DNA of 64,000 nucleotides from the NCBI GenBank assembly GCA_001724265.1, contig MEDY01000158.1, positions 1-64,000 on the forward strand, given 5' to 3'. Position 1 is the stretch's first letter. Each line of letters opens with the position of its first letter. The notes under the pieces were generated by a model. The model searched no databases and was not told the origin of the DNA. It worked only from the letters and a program-made list of their open reading frames with translations. A program made the position numbers and the translations under genes. Shown here in pieces: positions 1 through 14,664 of this stretch. Source of the DNA: Rhizaria sp. SCN 62-66 (taxonomy: Eukaryota).

Positions 1-3000
1 TCATAGTACTCGGCCGACTTGTAGAGCTTGTCGTGATCGGCGCTGGTGATGGCAGAGACCTGCATCATCGGCATCGGCACGTACGTCTCACGAGGAGGAG
101 ACTCCTTAAGAACCTTGCTGGTGCGGTCAAACGAGGCGCCCTCAAGGTAGAGGCCATGGATGTAGACACCCTCGACCGGGGGCTTCAGCTTGCGTGCCAC
201 CTGCGACAGGATGGGATCGTGGAAGCGGTTGTCCGTCACCGTAACCTTGACGAGCACGTCGTCGAGAGTCCAGCGGTCGGCCTTGTGCTTGCGCGTGACT
301 TCCTGGCGTGTCGCAGTGAGGAAGCCCTGAGGGTTGTAGAAGCCGGTGAGCCAGTACGACACGGGGCGCGTGGTGAGGAGCCACGACGACAGCTGCGCCT
401 CGCGGTGCAGCAGGCCCGTGAACCAGAGCGAGAGGTTGGGCACCACCCAGGCGATCTCGGCGCCTGAAGGGTCGATGTACCACATCTGCGGCGGGCGCAT
501 CTGGTACACCGAGTCGAGCGCGTTCTGCAGCTCGGGAGTCATGATGATCTCACCCTGGATCGCGGCCTTGAGGTCACGCAGCGTCTGGCGCACCAGGCGG
601 ATCGTGCCGTTGAGGCGGTTGATCTCTTGGTACAGGAACATGTTGAGCGGGATGGTGAAACCGTCAACGGGCTTGCCGTCGGCGCCAACGCCCGCGCCCG
701 GACCCAGCACGAGGTCAAGCTCCTGACGGGGGCGCTGCATGATGCGGTCACGGACCTCATCATCAACAAAGCCCTTGGGGAGCTGCTTGAGCAGCTCATC
801 AGCACGCTCGTACACCTGCTCCTCGCGTGTCTTGCCGCCGCCAACAGAGCTGTTCTGCTTGGGCAGCGTGTCGGCGATCGCATCGAAGATCATCTTAGCC
901 TCGTTGTCGCCGAACGTGAGCTCGGCGTTCTGGTGCAGACCGAAGATGTCGGGACTGTCGTGTGCGGGCAGCGTGGAGATGTATTTGAGGAAATCCTCGT
1001 GGGTCTCGTGGCCGTTGGGAATCTTGTACACGAAGCCGTTGTTGCTGGGGCCCGACGTCGCGCCGAGAGCGGGGCCGGAAGCAGCAGAAGCGTTGGCAAA
1101 GCCAAACGTGAACTTGTTCTCCTGGAACGACTCGGACGAGAGCCAGAAGTCACCAAACGTGGTGAAGAGCTTGCGGTCAAACTCGTCCGTGATACGGCCA
1201 CCGTACTGCACCTGGCAGATCATGTAGCGGATCGTGTCCCAGTTAAGGCCCTGGTTGGCGAAGAAGTGCTTCTCTAGGAACTTGAGCGAGGCCTCGAGGT
1301 CTGAGATGGAGAACTCGTATGCAATGCACCAGCCGATTGGGCCGAACTTGCGGCGCTCCAGGATGGCCGAGTGCAGGAAGCACGTGCAGAAGACGAGGTC
1401 GCGCCACTCCTTGGCCTCAACAGAGGCAATGAGCTTCGAGTCCACGACGGACTGGAACGAGCGCAGCAGACCGGCCTTCATGCCGCGCGGGGGCTCGTTG
1501 GTGACCTTGATGGACATCTGAAGCAGCGTGACGGGGAACTGCGGGTGAGGCTCGCAGGTGATCCAGAGACGGAAGTTGGGGTGCAGACGGTCCTCGTTGG
1601 CGGCATTGATGAGCTCGTCGTCGACGCGGTTCATGAAGCCGAGACCGAGGTGGCAGTTCTGCAGCAGAGTCCACGCGCCAGACTCCATCGACAGGCGCAT
1701 TGCCTTGGCGGCGTGGGGGTCCTGGCCCTCACCCATCGAGACGGAGTAGACCTTGATGCCCTTGCGCTTGCCCAGCTCCTCGAGCTGCGACGTGGGGTCA
1801 GCACCGGGCGTCAGCAGCAGAACGATGGGCGTCTCGGCGCCGGCGTCCTCCTGGATGTCGTCGAACGACGTCGGCACAGGCTCGACATAGCGCTCACCGA
1901 GCACGGAGGCGATGAACTTGGTCGCCGCCAGACGTAGACGGTCAGGACGGAATGAGCGCACAACGAGCAGACGCATAAAGGCGCCGAGCGAGTTGCTCTG
2001 CAGACGGTCGTCGACGCGCGGGATGGGGAGCTCTTCGGGCGCCTCGGCCTCGTACCACTGGCGCCAGTCCTTCTCGGCCGCGGGGGCCTCGACGAGGGAC
2101 TTGAGGTCACCGAGGAAGTCGAGCGACTGCGACACGCACACGACGTTCTGCCACGGCACGGGCTGCAGCCACTCGGGACGGCGCGGGAGCTGCTCCAGAG
2201 TCATGGCGCTGCCGCCGTGGAGCAGGAGCTGCACCATGTCGTCCGTGAGGCCGTTCTTGTTGTGCTCCGAGCCCTCGGCCTGCATGATACGCATGGTGAC
2301 CATGAGGCGGAACGTGAGCTTGTCGCGCTCGAACAGACCCTGGTTGATCTGGCGGTAGACGTTGTAAGTGAGGTGCGACATGAGGTTCTCAACACGCTTG
2401 TTGATGTTGTTCGCCTGCTCGGCAGCCTTAAGCGAGTGGTCGAACCACGACAAGAACTGCGCCAGCGACGTCTGGTACATGCAGTTGATCTGCGCGAGGG
2501 CGACGACGACAAAGTACACGACGGAGCCGCGGGTGGCGACAGGGCGGTACTGCTCACGCTTCTTGTTGATCATGTCCTCGGTCTTCTTGGACGCGTCGAT
2601 CTTCTCGTGCACTTCCTGCGCCTTAAGCTTGGTGTCAGAGAGCACGCCGATAAGCGCGACGTCGTCGAGGAGACGGCCACCGGCGCTCGAGCTGAGGCGC
2701 TCGAGCAGGAGCTTATCGAGCATCTGGAGCGAGATGGTGTTCTGGTTGACCTCATCGATGAGCTTCTTGCGCTGGTCCTCGAGCGACTGCTGCTCCTCCA
2801 TGATGACGCGCGACAGCAGCTGGTCCTCGAGACCCTTCTGTGTGACGGAGAAGTCGACGATTGTGGTCTTGGCCGAGAGCTCGGGCGAGAAGACCGGGTT
2901 GCCGATCTTGGTGATGAGGTAGAGACGGAAGCCAGGGGAGATCTGCATCTGCTTCTCGCCGACCATGATATACTGCTGACGGCCGCGGGTCACGATGTTC

Positions 3001-6000
3001 TTGTCGAGGATAGGGTCGAACATGGGGTCGACGTCCTTGACGAGGCCCTCGACGATGAGCGGCTTGCCCTCGCCCATGCAGAACTCGAGCTGCTCGCGCA
3101 ACTTGGGGTTGTTGACCGTGGTGGTACCGAACCAGGGCAGCTCGTCGGCCTCGCGCTGCTTGATCCACGCCACGGCCTGGCCCTGGGGGTCGATGAGCAG
3201 TGGGAAGCGAGAAGCCTTATTGACGAGGATACCGTTCTGGATCGACAGATCGTCCTTGGGCAGGCCCTGCGAGTTCCACTCGGCGATGGTGGCGTCATCA
3301 ACGAGGAACTGCGTCAGACGCAGGTCCTTGGAGACCGGGATACGGTACTCGACGCACTCGCGGTAGAAGTTCTGGTTCAGCAGGCGCTGGCGGAAGTGGT
3401 GGTTAAAGGGACCAAGGTAGGAGATGAAGGCGCAGGCGAGAGCACAGTCACCGACAAGCTTCTTCTTGTTCTCCGCAAACAACACGGCGTCCTGGTTCCA
3501 GCGCTTCTTCTCGCCGCCGAGGGACTGGATGAGGTTGTTGGCGGCGGTCATCTTGGCCTGCGTCGCGCGCGCCTTATCCTCGAGGTCACCCTTCTCTTGC
3601 ATCGTGGCCTGGAACGAAGCCTGGAGCTTGTCCACCTCAGCCTGCGCCGCCTGCGAGACGGCCTTGGCCTTGGCGAGCTTGCTCTGCGCGACCTCGAGCT
3701 GGTTCGTCTTGATTTGCACGAGCTCGATCTTGGGCTGGGCAGCGATCGAGTAGATGTGATACGACGCCAGCGCACGGACCCACATGCAGAGCGACTCGGC
3801 GGCGTTGGCGACCTGCTTGGCACGCTCGGCGTTGAAGTCAGGCACGGTGAGGTAGGGCTCAAGGAACTCCATTGTTTCCTCGTTGATCTTGTCCTTCTCA
3901 AACTTGACGAAGTTGGTCAGAGTCTGCATGAAGTTGGTATCAACCATGGTCTTCTTGGCGTAGGTCTCGTACGAGTCGCCGATGAAAAGCTGGGCCTCGT
4001 TCTTGCGCAGCTCCATCGACACAGGCTGGACCTTGTCGAGCGGGCGATGCAGCAGGATGAGCACGCAGTCCATGATAATCTTGATCAGCGCGGGCGGCTT
4101 GGCGTACTTCTGCACCTGACCGATGCTCTGCTTCGTGAGGCCGTTGGCGGCCGTCTCGGCGGCGCGCACGTAGGGCATGGCCTCGGCGAGCTCCTGGTCA
4201 GCGAGCGCCTTCTCCTTGTTGATGATGTTGGCGGCCTCGAGGCACTTGGTCTCGATGCGGTCAGCGGCGTCCTTCTTGGTGCGCGCCTCGGCGGCACCGT
4301 GCTCGAGCTTGACGAGCATGGCCGACGCGGCCTGGTCGGCGTACGCGAGCTCCTCGTTCTGGCGCACGAGCTCGACCTTAAGGTTCTCAACGTCGATCTC
4401 GGCCTCCTTGAGGCGCTGCAGACCCATGGCGACGTTGTCCATCTGGCGCGTGATGTCGTCGTGCTTCTGGCGGTACACCTGTTTGTAGCTCTGGATGTAC
4501 GACAGGTACGACTTGGGCGTGACAAACACCTGGCGACGGAACTTCTGGAAGTACTCGTCGCACGCGTCAGTGACAATCTGGTGCACGTTGGCAATGTAGC
4601 GGCCAAGCTGGCGCTCGACAGTGCTGGTGGCGTTGACCTTAAAGTCCTTATCCTCGGTCAAGAACTTCATCGACACGTCCGTGAGGGCCTGCTCGGGCCA
4701 GCGCAGGAACCAGTCGATGGTGCAGTTGTTGATAATACCGGGGAAGCGGCGCGCACGCTCGGCAAACTTCTCGTTGGCCGGGGAGAAGCACATGACAATG
4801 TGCAGGTTGTCGCGTACGCGGTCAACAAAGTAGCGGTACTTGTTATCGGGCGTGTCGACGAAGTTGGGGTTCTCCTTGCGGGCGGGAATGCGGAGCTCAG
4901 CACACATTATGTCACGCTCGTCCTTGGGGAAAAGACCGGCGATCTCACCAGTAGCGAGCAGCGCATTGACGTACTCGAGCATCTGGTCGTCAATAATCTC
5001 GAAGTCAGTGAGGATCCACGTCATGTGCTTGCCGTCCTTGCCGACAGCCATCTGCATCTTGCGCACGTCCTCCAGGAAGTCGTTCATCTTGTAGTTAGAC
5101 GACAGCTGGATCTGGTACACGTCCTGGCGCGCGATGTAGGCAGCAAGGCGCGTGAGCGACTGACGACCGGAGCCGCCGACACCGACCAAGAGGGCAGAGC
5201 CGCGCGGCAGACCGATGATACGCGAGATGCGCACGACGTGCTCGAGAGCGTCGTCGAAGAGCACGAGGTTCATGTTCTTGGTATGCGACTGCTGGTTGTA
5301 GCGCTCGAGGAAGTCTTCCATGCGCTGGCGCAAGAGCGGGATGGCGGGGGCCTCCTCGTAGATCTGCGGCGCCTCCTCAAGGATCTCGTCCGTCTCCTCG
5401 TCGACCTTGGCGTCGCGGAGGAAGTTGACGAAGAAGTCGGAGTCGCCCAGCGCGCCTGCCGTGCTGGCGGCGGCCGAGTGCGAGGCAGCAAGTCTATCGG
5501 CGTACTCCTGGCCGAAGCGCATCGTGACGAGCTTGTTGGTTTGGTCGGCGAACCACTGCTTGTCCTTGGGGTTGGTGAGCTTGTCGGAGAGCACGCGGGT
5601 GACTTCGTGACGCCAGAGCTTGACGAGCAGAAGCTGCTTGTCGAAGCCGTTGTCATGCTTCATGTACACCTCAAGCGGGCAGTGCAACACGCCCTGGAAG
5701 ATGCGTGAGAGATCACGCATGTTGAAGATGTAGTGGAAGCGCGACGGAGTGGGCAGCATCTTGCCGCGCACCTTGCTCCACAGCTCGATCGTCGTCGCCG
5801 TGAGCGTGTTGACGAGCTCCAGCACAGGGTGGAACGCGACCTCGTTGGCACCGACTTCTTCCTCGAAGCGGTACGTGAGCATCTGGCCGTAGATGTTGTC
5901 GATCGTCTGCTGCGACGGGGGCAGCATGTTGAAGGCGTAGAAGTGGCGCTTGAAGCGGTTGGGCACATCATTGCGGCCGCCACCGGGGTGGGTCATGGCA

Positions 6001-9000
6001 GCGATGTAAATAACGTTCTCGACCTGCATCTTGTCACCGCGCTTGTCCTTGTCAAGCGAGTAGAAGCCGCCAGACTCGATGAGCTGGCGCACGATCTCAA
6101 GTGTGGGCTGGTCGCCCCACTTGTTCTGCTCGGGCATCGACACGTCGTCGAGGAACACGGTCATCCAGCGGCGGTACGGCGGGTTGAGCACCTTGCCGAT
6201 GCCCTTCTCGAGGTCCGCCTCCATAGAGCGCTGGAACATGTTGTGCGTGGTGGCCGAGGAGAAGTTCATCTTCTTGAGCAGCATGTCGGGGATGCCCGCG
6301 GCAGACTCGAACGTCTTGGCGTACTGCAGCACGACCGACGTCTTGGCCGTACCGGAGGAGCCGGTGAGCAAGACGGGACGGTGCAGCTTGTCGAGCACGA
6401 GGTCGATGAGGTACTGCGCGCGCTCGCTGTCGGCCGTGGGCACAAGGCACGTGGAGAACTTGAACGTCGCGCCACTCTCGAGCGGGTTCCACTCAGCCGC
6501 CTCCCACTGGTGCCACTCAAGCGAGTCGGGGTCGACGAAGAAGTCCCACAGCGTCTGTCCGTCCTGCAGCAGCGGCAGCTGCGCGGGGTCAACGGCCTGG
6601 TAGATGACCTGGTTGAACAGCACGCGGTGGTCCTGCTCCAGCAGCGAGCCCAGCGACCAGCACATGGCGTAGACAAAGATGCGTTCGAGCTGGAACGGCT
6701 CGTGCGCGCGGTGCTGCTGCTGCTGTTGCGCCGCGGCGGCGCCGCCGGCGGCGGCGCCCACGAGGTCGCCGCCGAGAAGGCCCTCGAGCAGCGTGCATAG
6801 GTTAGAGATGAGGTGCATGTGCGACGTGGGGACGACGTTGCGCGTGTTGCGCTTAAGGAACTCAAGCAGCTGCGTCGACACCACGAGGCGGTTGAAGATC
6901 TCGCGCAGAATGCGGACTTCCTCCTCGCGGTGCGTGGCGCGCGCCAGCAGCCAGGCCTCGAACACGGGCTCCCAGCCGAGGTCGTCGTGCGAGACGAAGA
7001 TGATACCGGCACGGGAGACAGTGGCGGGCGAGGCGTTGCGGAGGTCCTCGGCCTCGAAAAGCAGACGCACGTTGTCGGTCATCGGCAGACGGTCACCGGA
7101 GGCGAGGGTGAGGATCTTGTTGTCATCGAGGACGGTGTTCATGTTCTCGATCCAGATGGCGTCGACGGGGCCGTCGCAGACAAGCCAGGTGTTGTGCTTC
7201 TTGGAGTCATTGAACTTCTCCCAGAGCTTGGAGAATACACCGTCGGTCCACTCGCCGGAGATGGGGTCTTTCTGGCCGAACATCTGCTCCGACGTGATAG
7301 CCTTGGGGTTCATGCGCACCATGATTGTCTTGTTGCGCGGGTTCGTCTCCGTCATGGCCTCGAGTAGCATCTTGGTCGCCATCGTCTTGCCGCCGCCCGC
7401 GGGGCCGACCATCATGAGACCGTGGCGCACCAGCGACGTCTCGTACAGCTGGATGCACTTGGTGACCCACGACGGGTGCGGCAGGATCTTGGGAGTATGG
7501 TTCTGGATCACACGCGCGAGAGCGGGCTCGAGCTGCTCGTGGGTGCGCTTCTCGGGCTCCGTCTGCGCCGGAAAGAGGTCGAGCAGGAGCATGAGGAACA
7601 GACCGACGTCGTACGAAACAAGCTTGGAGAGGTTCATGTCACGCAGCGTGCGCATGATGATCATCTCCTCGAGCCACGCGCGCTGGTTGGGCGGGATCTG
7701 CGCCGACGGCGTTGGCTGACGGTCCAGCTCGTAACGCAGGTTGTCACCAGCAGTACGAAGCACGGAGAGAATGTTGCGGAGACCGAAGTCGTAGTGGCGC
7801 TGCTTCGACAGCTGCTGCTCGCAGAGCTTGTACAGGATGTAGAACTTGGGGCACAGAGTGTCGTAGGTCATGTAGCCGACGGACGAAAGCTTGACCTTGA
7901 TAATGACGTCAGACTCGGGCACCATCATGGCGACGGAGCGGAAGAGCGCCTTAAGGTTCTCGGGCAGCTCCTGGCGGCCGGCGTAACCGGGGTTCATGGT
8001 GATGAAGATGCCGCAGCGGGGGTCGAGCAGGACCTGGGAGGACTGCGTCTGGTCGTCACCGGGGAAGATGAAGTAATCGGCCTGGGCGCGGATGGCGTTA
8101 AAGATGGCCTGAACCTGCTGCGCGACGACAGAAAGCACTTCGAGATCGATACGGTTGAACTCGTCGAAGCAACCCCAGGAGCCGGACTGGCAGAGACCCT
8201 TGTAGATCTTCATCGTGTCCGAGTTGCGCATCTGGTCACTGCAGTTGAAGACGACGACCATCTTGCCGAGCGCGCGGCCGAGGTCCTTGACCGTCTCGGT
8301 CTTGCCAGTACCGGCCGGACCGGCGGGCGCACCACCGAAGCCCATGCCGAGGGCCTGGGAGAGCGAGATGTAGCAGCGGTCCGTGAGCGCGGTGACGACA
8401 AGACGCTCCTTGCAGCCGAGGTACTCGTAGCAGTACGTGAAGTCGACATCGGCGATCTTGACAATGGCGTCGTCGTCTTCGACGGACCAGTAGCAACGGA
8501 GCTGCTTCTGCCACTCGAAGTCGGTGGTGTCGATGCGCTTGCGCTCGCGGAAGCGCTTCATGAGGTCGAGCACGAGCACGTCACGCTGGTGGACCTGGAT
8601 CGTCACGAGCGTCTCGATCTTGGTGCGTTCCATCTTGGTCTTGATCTGCGAGGCGTCGAGCGTGAGCTGCGAAAGCTGCGCCAGCACGTCCTCCTGCTTG
8701 ATGCGGCACGCAGTCAGCGCCTGTCGGTCGTGCTTGCTGCGGTTCAGGTGGTCCGTGCACTGCGACGTCCACAGGAACTGCACGCCGAGCAGGGCGACCT
8801 GGGCGCAGTAGTTCTTGATGAAGGCCGAGACCGGCGGCACGTCGTAGTCTCCGGCGGCGCGGCGAACGATGTCCTTGATAGTGCGGGTCATCTCGCGGAG
8901 CAGCACGTTGAGCCAGTCCTCGATGTTGCCCTTGGCGGGTACGGCCTTGGTGAGCACGATCTCCTCCTGCTCCATCTGGCCGTCCTTACCGCCGCGGATC

Positions 9001-12000
9001 GAGCGCATCTTGGTGATCGAGTTGCCCTGGAACTCGACGCGGTCGACGGCGTCGAAAACCTTGGCGAAGCACTGCTGCACCTTCTCCTTGTCGGAGCCCT
9101 GCGAGAGGATCTGCAGCAGCGCCGGGTTGGAGACGAAGTAGAAACGAGGGAACTTGCCACGCTTGGCCTCGAGGTAGCCGTCGAGCGCCTTCTGGCACTT
9201 CTCGAGATCGGCAAACATCGTGGGGAGCATGTTCTTGATGTACTCGTTTTGGCAGCAGTCGACGACGTTCTTGACGTCCTTAGCCTTGTTCATAAGGCGC
9301 GTGGTCCACTCCTTGTCCCACTTCATGAACATGCGCGTGTCCTGCGGCATCTGGCGCGAAATGTCACCGAAGATGAACACGGCCTCGAGCGACATCCAGA
9401 GCTGCTGGACCTTGACCCACTGGTCGAGCACGTCGTTGACGTCCGAAAGCTTCTTGAGCCAGGTCGACGCGTCCTCCTTGAAGGGCGCGATGTGGCGTTG
9501 CGTGAGCATCTGGATCAGCGACGACTGGCTGTCTTCGAGCAGCTCCACGATCGTGGTGACGCTCTGGCCGCCAAGGATCACGTCACCGCGGTTCTTCCAG
9601 TTGGCAAAGTCGAACGTCTGCGTGTCCCACAGCAAGCGGATCTGCTGCAGTTTCTGCTCGATGGCGAGCTGCTTCTCGGCAGAGTCGGTGATCTCCTCGA
9701 TGTCCTCACGGCAATCAAGCAGACGCGCCTCAAGGACCTGCTTGAGCTTAAGCTCGGAGAACTTCTCCATGTCGAAGTCGTGGCCCGTGAGCGTGGAGAT
9801 CATCTGCCAGTGGCGCTGACGCATCGCCGGCTTCGAGAGCTCGGTGAGCAACGGGAGAACCTCGATGAAGTTCTCAATCTCGCGCGCGAGCTCGGTGTAG
9901 GCGTCCCACTGCTTGAGACCACGGGGCAGGCGCTTGCACTTCTCGTTGAACTGCTCAACAGTCTCGTTCATCTCAGTGATGTTGGCCACGACGTCGGCCC
10001 ACGGGATGGTCTTGTACTCGTCGACAGTGGAGATGACCTGCTGGTACAGCGAGTAGAGCTGGTCCAGCAGACGCAGGTCCTTGCGGATCTTGTCGAGAGT
10101 CTCGTACTTAGACTCGGGCAGGCCGAAGAGCTTCTCGCCGCCGTGGTAGAGCTCGTACTTGCGATTCAGCGTCTCGAACTCGCGCTTGTACTTGGACAGA
10201 CGCGTGATGGCCTCCTGGGGAGTGATCTTTTGCACCATGGGGCCGTTGTTGTTGTAGTCCGTCTTAAAAGTCTCGACGTTGGTCTTGAAAAGCTTGACGT
10301 TCTCCACGAGGTCATCGCGGAAGCCGCCCTGGAGGGAGTTGACGACGTTCTGAACGCCGTCAGAGAGGCCGAGGATCTTGACCCACTCGGTGCGCAGCAC
10401 AGACTTACCGTCCATCTCGTCCTTGGTGATGGTGCCGGGAGGCAGGAAGCGCTCCACAGTCTCATACTTCTCCAGAATGGCGTTGAACTTGCTCTCGATC
10501 CACGATTGCGTCTCGCGCACGTCGTGCTGGGCGTCCATGACGAACTTAAGCGATGTAAAGTCCTTGACTTCGCGCTCGAGGCGCGAGCGCAGGTCATGCA
10601 TCATCTCGGTGTGGTTCTCCATGTCGGCCTTGACCTCCTGGTGCAGCTTCTCAGCGTAAAAGTGCTTCCAGCGCTCGCACTCGGCCTTGAACTGCGCCTT
10701 GAGGTTGGTGGTGCGCAGGTTGAGCGAGCCGAGGGGCACGGCCGAGGGCAGGTTGCTGAGCTCAGCGTCGAGCTTGACGAAGCGCTGAAGCTCGGCGACC
10801 CAGTCCTCGAGGATGGGCTTCTGCTCCGTGGCGACCTTGGCGAACTGCTCGTCGGGGTCCTGCGACCAGAGCCAGGCGTAGCCCGAGTAGGCCTGCAGAC
10901 GCGCGCGCGCCTGGGCCTTGGTGTCCTCGACAGAGCCGGTGAGGAGCAGGAGCACAATGGCGATCTGCTTGTCGCTCGCCAGCTTCTCGAAGAACGAACG
11001 ACGCGGGCGCGTCGCAGTCTGGAGGTCGACACCCCAGTCGAGCACGCTCTTGGAGCACTGCAGCACTTCGCGGGCGACCGTGTTGACGACGTCATGGATC
11101 TCCTGCAGCGACGGGCTGACGACGACGTTGGGCGCCTGCAGAGACATGTCGATCTCGAACAGTGCCGACTCGAGGTGCTGGCTCAGCGCGGCCGCAGAGC
11201 CGTCGCGCGGCTTCGAGACCTGCACACGGCGCTTGAGCGCGTTGAGCGACTTCTTGACGGAGCTGAGGAGCGCGTGGTACATGTGGTTGCAGTAGAAGAA
11301 GCGGAGCCAGTTGACGTCCGTCTTGGACGGGCGCTGGATCGACTCGTGCAGCGGGTAGTTGACGACGGCCTCGATGAGGTCATTGACGGCGCGCTCGACC
11401 TCGACGTTCTTGGCGACGAGGAACTTGACGCTCGACTCGATGTGCTTCTTCTGCTCGGGGTAGAACTCGCGCACAGGGAACGTCTTGGTGGGCGGCAGGT
11501 TGAGCACGTGGAAGTTGGCGATCCACGCCAGGTTCTTCTCGATGCGGTTCGTCGTGATGTCGTTGATCTGCGTGACGAGGTGCTCAAAGCGCGCGAGCAC
11601 CTGGCGCAGGTTGACGAGGAACTGGTCGATATTCATCGACGTCCACGTCATGGTCGTCACAGCGGGCGAGATGGCGCGCTCGAGGTCGTGCAAGTGCGGC
11701 GTGAGCAGCGAGCGTGTGATGGGCGTCACCTTGTCCACGGCGCGGTGGTACAGCTCGAGCGCGTGCGTCATCTCGGCGTAGTACCCGCGCAGCTTGTCCT
11801 CGAGCAGCAGGATCATGCGCGCCGAGTTGGGGAGCTCGAAGCCCATGAGCTGGAGGTGGCGCGCCTCGCGGATCAGCACCAGCACGCCCTGGTCGAAGTT
11901 GACCGCCAGCTTGTGCGTCTTAGGGTCGGCGACGATGAGGCGCGAGCGCAGGCCCTTCTTAGCCTGTTCCGTCGAGCGCTGCCACGCCTGGAACCAGAGC

Positions 12001-14110
12001 GACTCGTACTCGATCAGCTGGTTGCACAGCTTGTTGAACTGCTTCTGCACGAACGTCTTGGCCTCACGCGACTGGAACACCTTGGGGTTCTCCTGGAACT
12101 TGCGCATGGGTGACGTGACGCGGCGCAGCAGCTGGCGCGACCACTGGATGCAGCCGGCGATCTTGGTCATGTTACGCGGGATCGGCGGCGTCTCACGGTA
12201 GTACTTCTCGAACAACGCCGAGATGTGCTCCAGGTCGGCGCCGTAGAGCTTGAACACGTAGGCGTACTTCTGCTCGAGCTCATCCTGCAGCGCACGGCGG
12301 TGCAGCACGTCCTTGAAGCGCTTCATCTGCTCCAGCTGGTGGTCGATCGACGACATCTGCTGCAGCAGCTTCTGCATGAAGTCCTGGATCGCGTTCTCGA
12401 GGCCGGAGTTGTACTGGGTGAACTCGACAAAGTCGCGCTCGAAGGCCGTGTTGTAGAAGTCAAGCAGGTCGTGGCGCTTGTCGCGGAAACGGCGGATAAG
12501 CTCATGGAAGGCACCGATGAGGCGCTCCATACCGTCGATGCGCTTCTCCTCAAGCGCGTTGAACTGCTTGATGGAAGAGAACATGTCGATGAGCTTCTCA
12601 AGGCGGTGGCGGAAGCGGGTGAACTTGCCGAAGATGGCCGTCTCGTCAAAGTCAAACTGCTTGCCCTTAGGCATCGTGGCCAGCTTGGCCTTGGTCTCCT
12701 TGTACTGCTGGCGGTACGCCTCGCAGAGCTCGATCGACGCGTGCATCTTAGCAATGACCTCTGAAGGGTCCTGAGCCCACAGCTCGTCGGGCTCAGCGCC
12801 TGCGTAGACCTCGTGCTTGCAGCGCTTGATAAGCTGGTTGGTGGTGAGCTGGAAGAGGTTCGTCATGCGGACTTCGGTGCCGTAGTGGCGCGACAGCGTG
12901 TGGATCATTTTGATGCTGTTCATGAGAGCAGGCATCGTCTCGCGGATCACCTGCGGCGACTCGATGTACAGCGGCTCGACGACCTTCTGCAGGTTCTCGA
13001 GGAAACGCACGTTGTCCTTGGCCTCGTTGAGCGCGTCGGTGATGGAGATGTCGACGTTGCGCCAGCGGTCCATGACGGCCTTGATCTCCTCGCGGCCCGT
13101 CTCGGCCGGGTCAGTCTTGTTGTCCTCGCTGGGGTTGCGCAGAGAGCGGACCTTAAGCACGCCCGTCACCACGCGGTTCGCCTTGGTCTTAAGCTGCTCG
13201 GTGATGGAGATGAGCGTAAGCATGCGGCGCGACCAGTACTCGATCTCGCGCTCGGGCCCGTCGTCGCAGGTCACGTCAAGCGGTACCGTGGAAGGGTCGT
13301 TGAGCATGTAGTCCTGGATCGTGGCGCACCACGACTCGACGATGGCGCGGAAGTGCTGCAGCACGGCTGGGTCGCGCGCGGCCTTGGCGTACGACGCAGG
13401 CTTGGGCTCGATCTTGTCGTGCGGCGCGCGGGGGGACTCGAGCTGGATGTCGCCGCGGAGGTTGGCAATCTTCTTGCCGAGGTCAGAGTGGAACTTGTTG
13501 AGCTGCGTAAGGAACTGCGTCTTTTCCTTGTCGCGCTTGATCTGGCCCCACTCCTCCTGGTTGGCCAGGATAGGAGCGTAGACGCGAGAGATGGTGTTCT
13601 CGAACGTCTCGAGGATGTCCGCCGTGAGCTCACCCACCAGGACGGAGTTGTCCATCGAGATGTGCGTGCGCACGGGCTTCTTCGTGTCGCGCACGAAGTA
13701 GATGCACTTATCCGTCAGCTTCTCGCCGCTGCCGTCTGTGAAAGAGCAAAGAAGAGGAAGAAAGAGCAAGTGCAACAAACAGGGTGAGGCAGAGGGAGGA
13801 GGTGAGATTTGGATGGCGCTGAAGAAACAGTCGAGGTGGGAAGCTTGGCGAGGTAGAGACAAGGGAAAACGCAAACGGGAAAGAGCAAGAGAAACGTACT
13901 GACAGAGACAAAGAGCTCGGGCTTAGCCTGCTGACGCTTCTGGTAGAAGAAGAAGATCTTAGGAGGCGCACTGGCATCGTTGTTGAGGAAGGCATCGAGG
14001 CGCTTCTTGTTGTCGCGGAAGCACTTCTCGACAGTCGCAGCGTCAAGGGCGAAGCCCTTGACGACCTGCTGAGCCATCCATTGCTGGCGCTTGGAAAGAA
14101 CGAACGACAT
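1..14110 (-). CDS. Axonemal outer-arm dynein heavy chain, gamma/DNAH5-DNAH8 type; exons 14110-13900 and 13735-<1, last residues and stop beyond the left edge
   Basis: Minus frame open from 13735 to the edge (absent from the ORF track because there is no stop). P-loops GPAGTGKTET (~8330), GPAGGGKT (~7400), GSSGTAKT (~6350), GVGGSGRQSL (~5180). Tail segment IAGCIQWSRQLLRRV...AVNFDQGVLVLIRE resembles DNAH5/ODA2. GTACGT...CACAG intron 13899-13736 joins the frames (VSVN-GSGEKL). Confidence 0.93.
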
Positions 14111-14664
14111 GCTGTTGCTGCGAGATGAGAAACGGCTGCGTATCCGCTCCTTAAGGCCTCGAAAACAACGAGTAGGTCAACGACTCTTCAATCGCCGGGT
14201 TGGTTGGCTTCGGTTAGAGCAAAAACTTGCACTGACCTGTGGGTGAATAGCAAAGTAAATAAAGAAACAAAACGTGAGACAAATCAATACATATTCAGTG
14301 CAAATTAGAAATCAACCGATGATCACTGTCAAGCGCTATTTTTGAATCCGAGTCCGGCTCGAGAGCTCGCCTGAGAAACCGCCCTCGCCCACCCAAACCG
14401 ATTTCTCGAGCCCTTACACCGTCGGCCCGGCCCTTACAGCCCTCTGACTCTCAAGCCACAGCCCAACGGCTCGATCGACTTCGAAGCCCCAATAGTGTGA
14501 GGAGAAGAGGGGTGACTGGGGATTGAATTGTTTGCGTCGCACAGTCCGTTGTTACGTTGATTTTTTCTGCTTTGGGTTGTTTCTGTGTTGTTTTTATCTA
14601 TTTGATAATATCTGATTGACTGCAGTACGACACAGCAACACAAAGCGAACTTCAAAACCCCCCT

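Noticed and set aside
2217-12113. Very long + strand ORFs (1163 aa and 1563 aa) overlapping dynein
   Set aside because: Antisense shadows of a strongly codon-biased gene that avoids TTA/CTA/TCA; the translations have no recognisable motifs.
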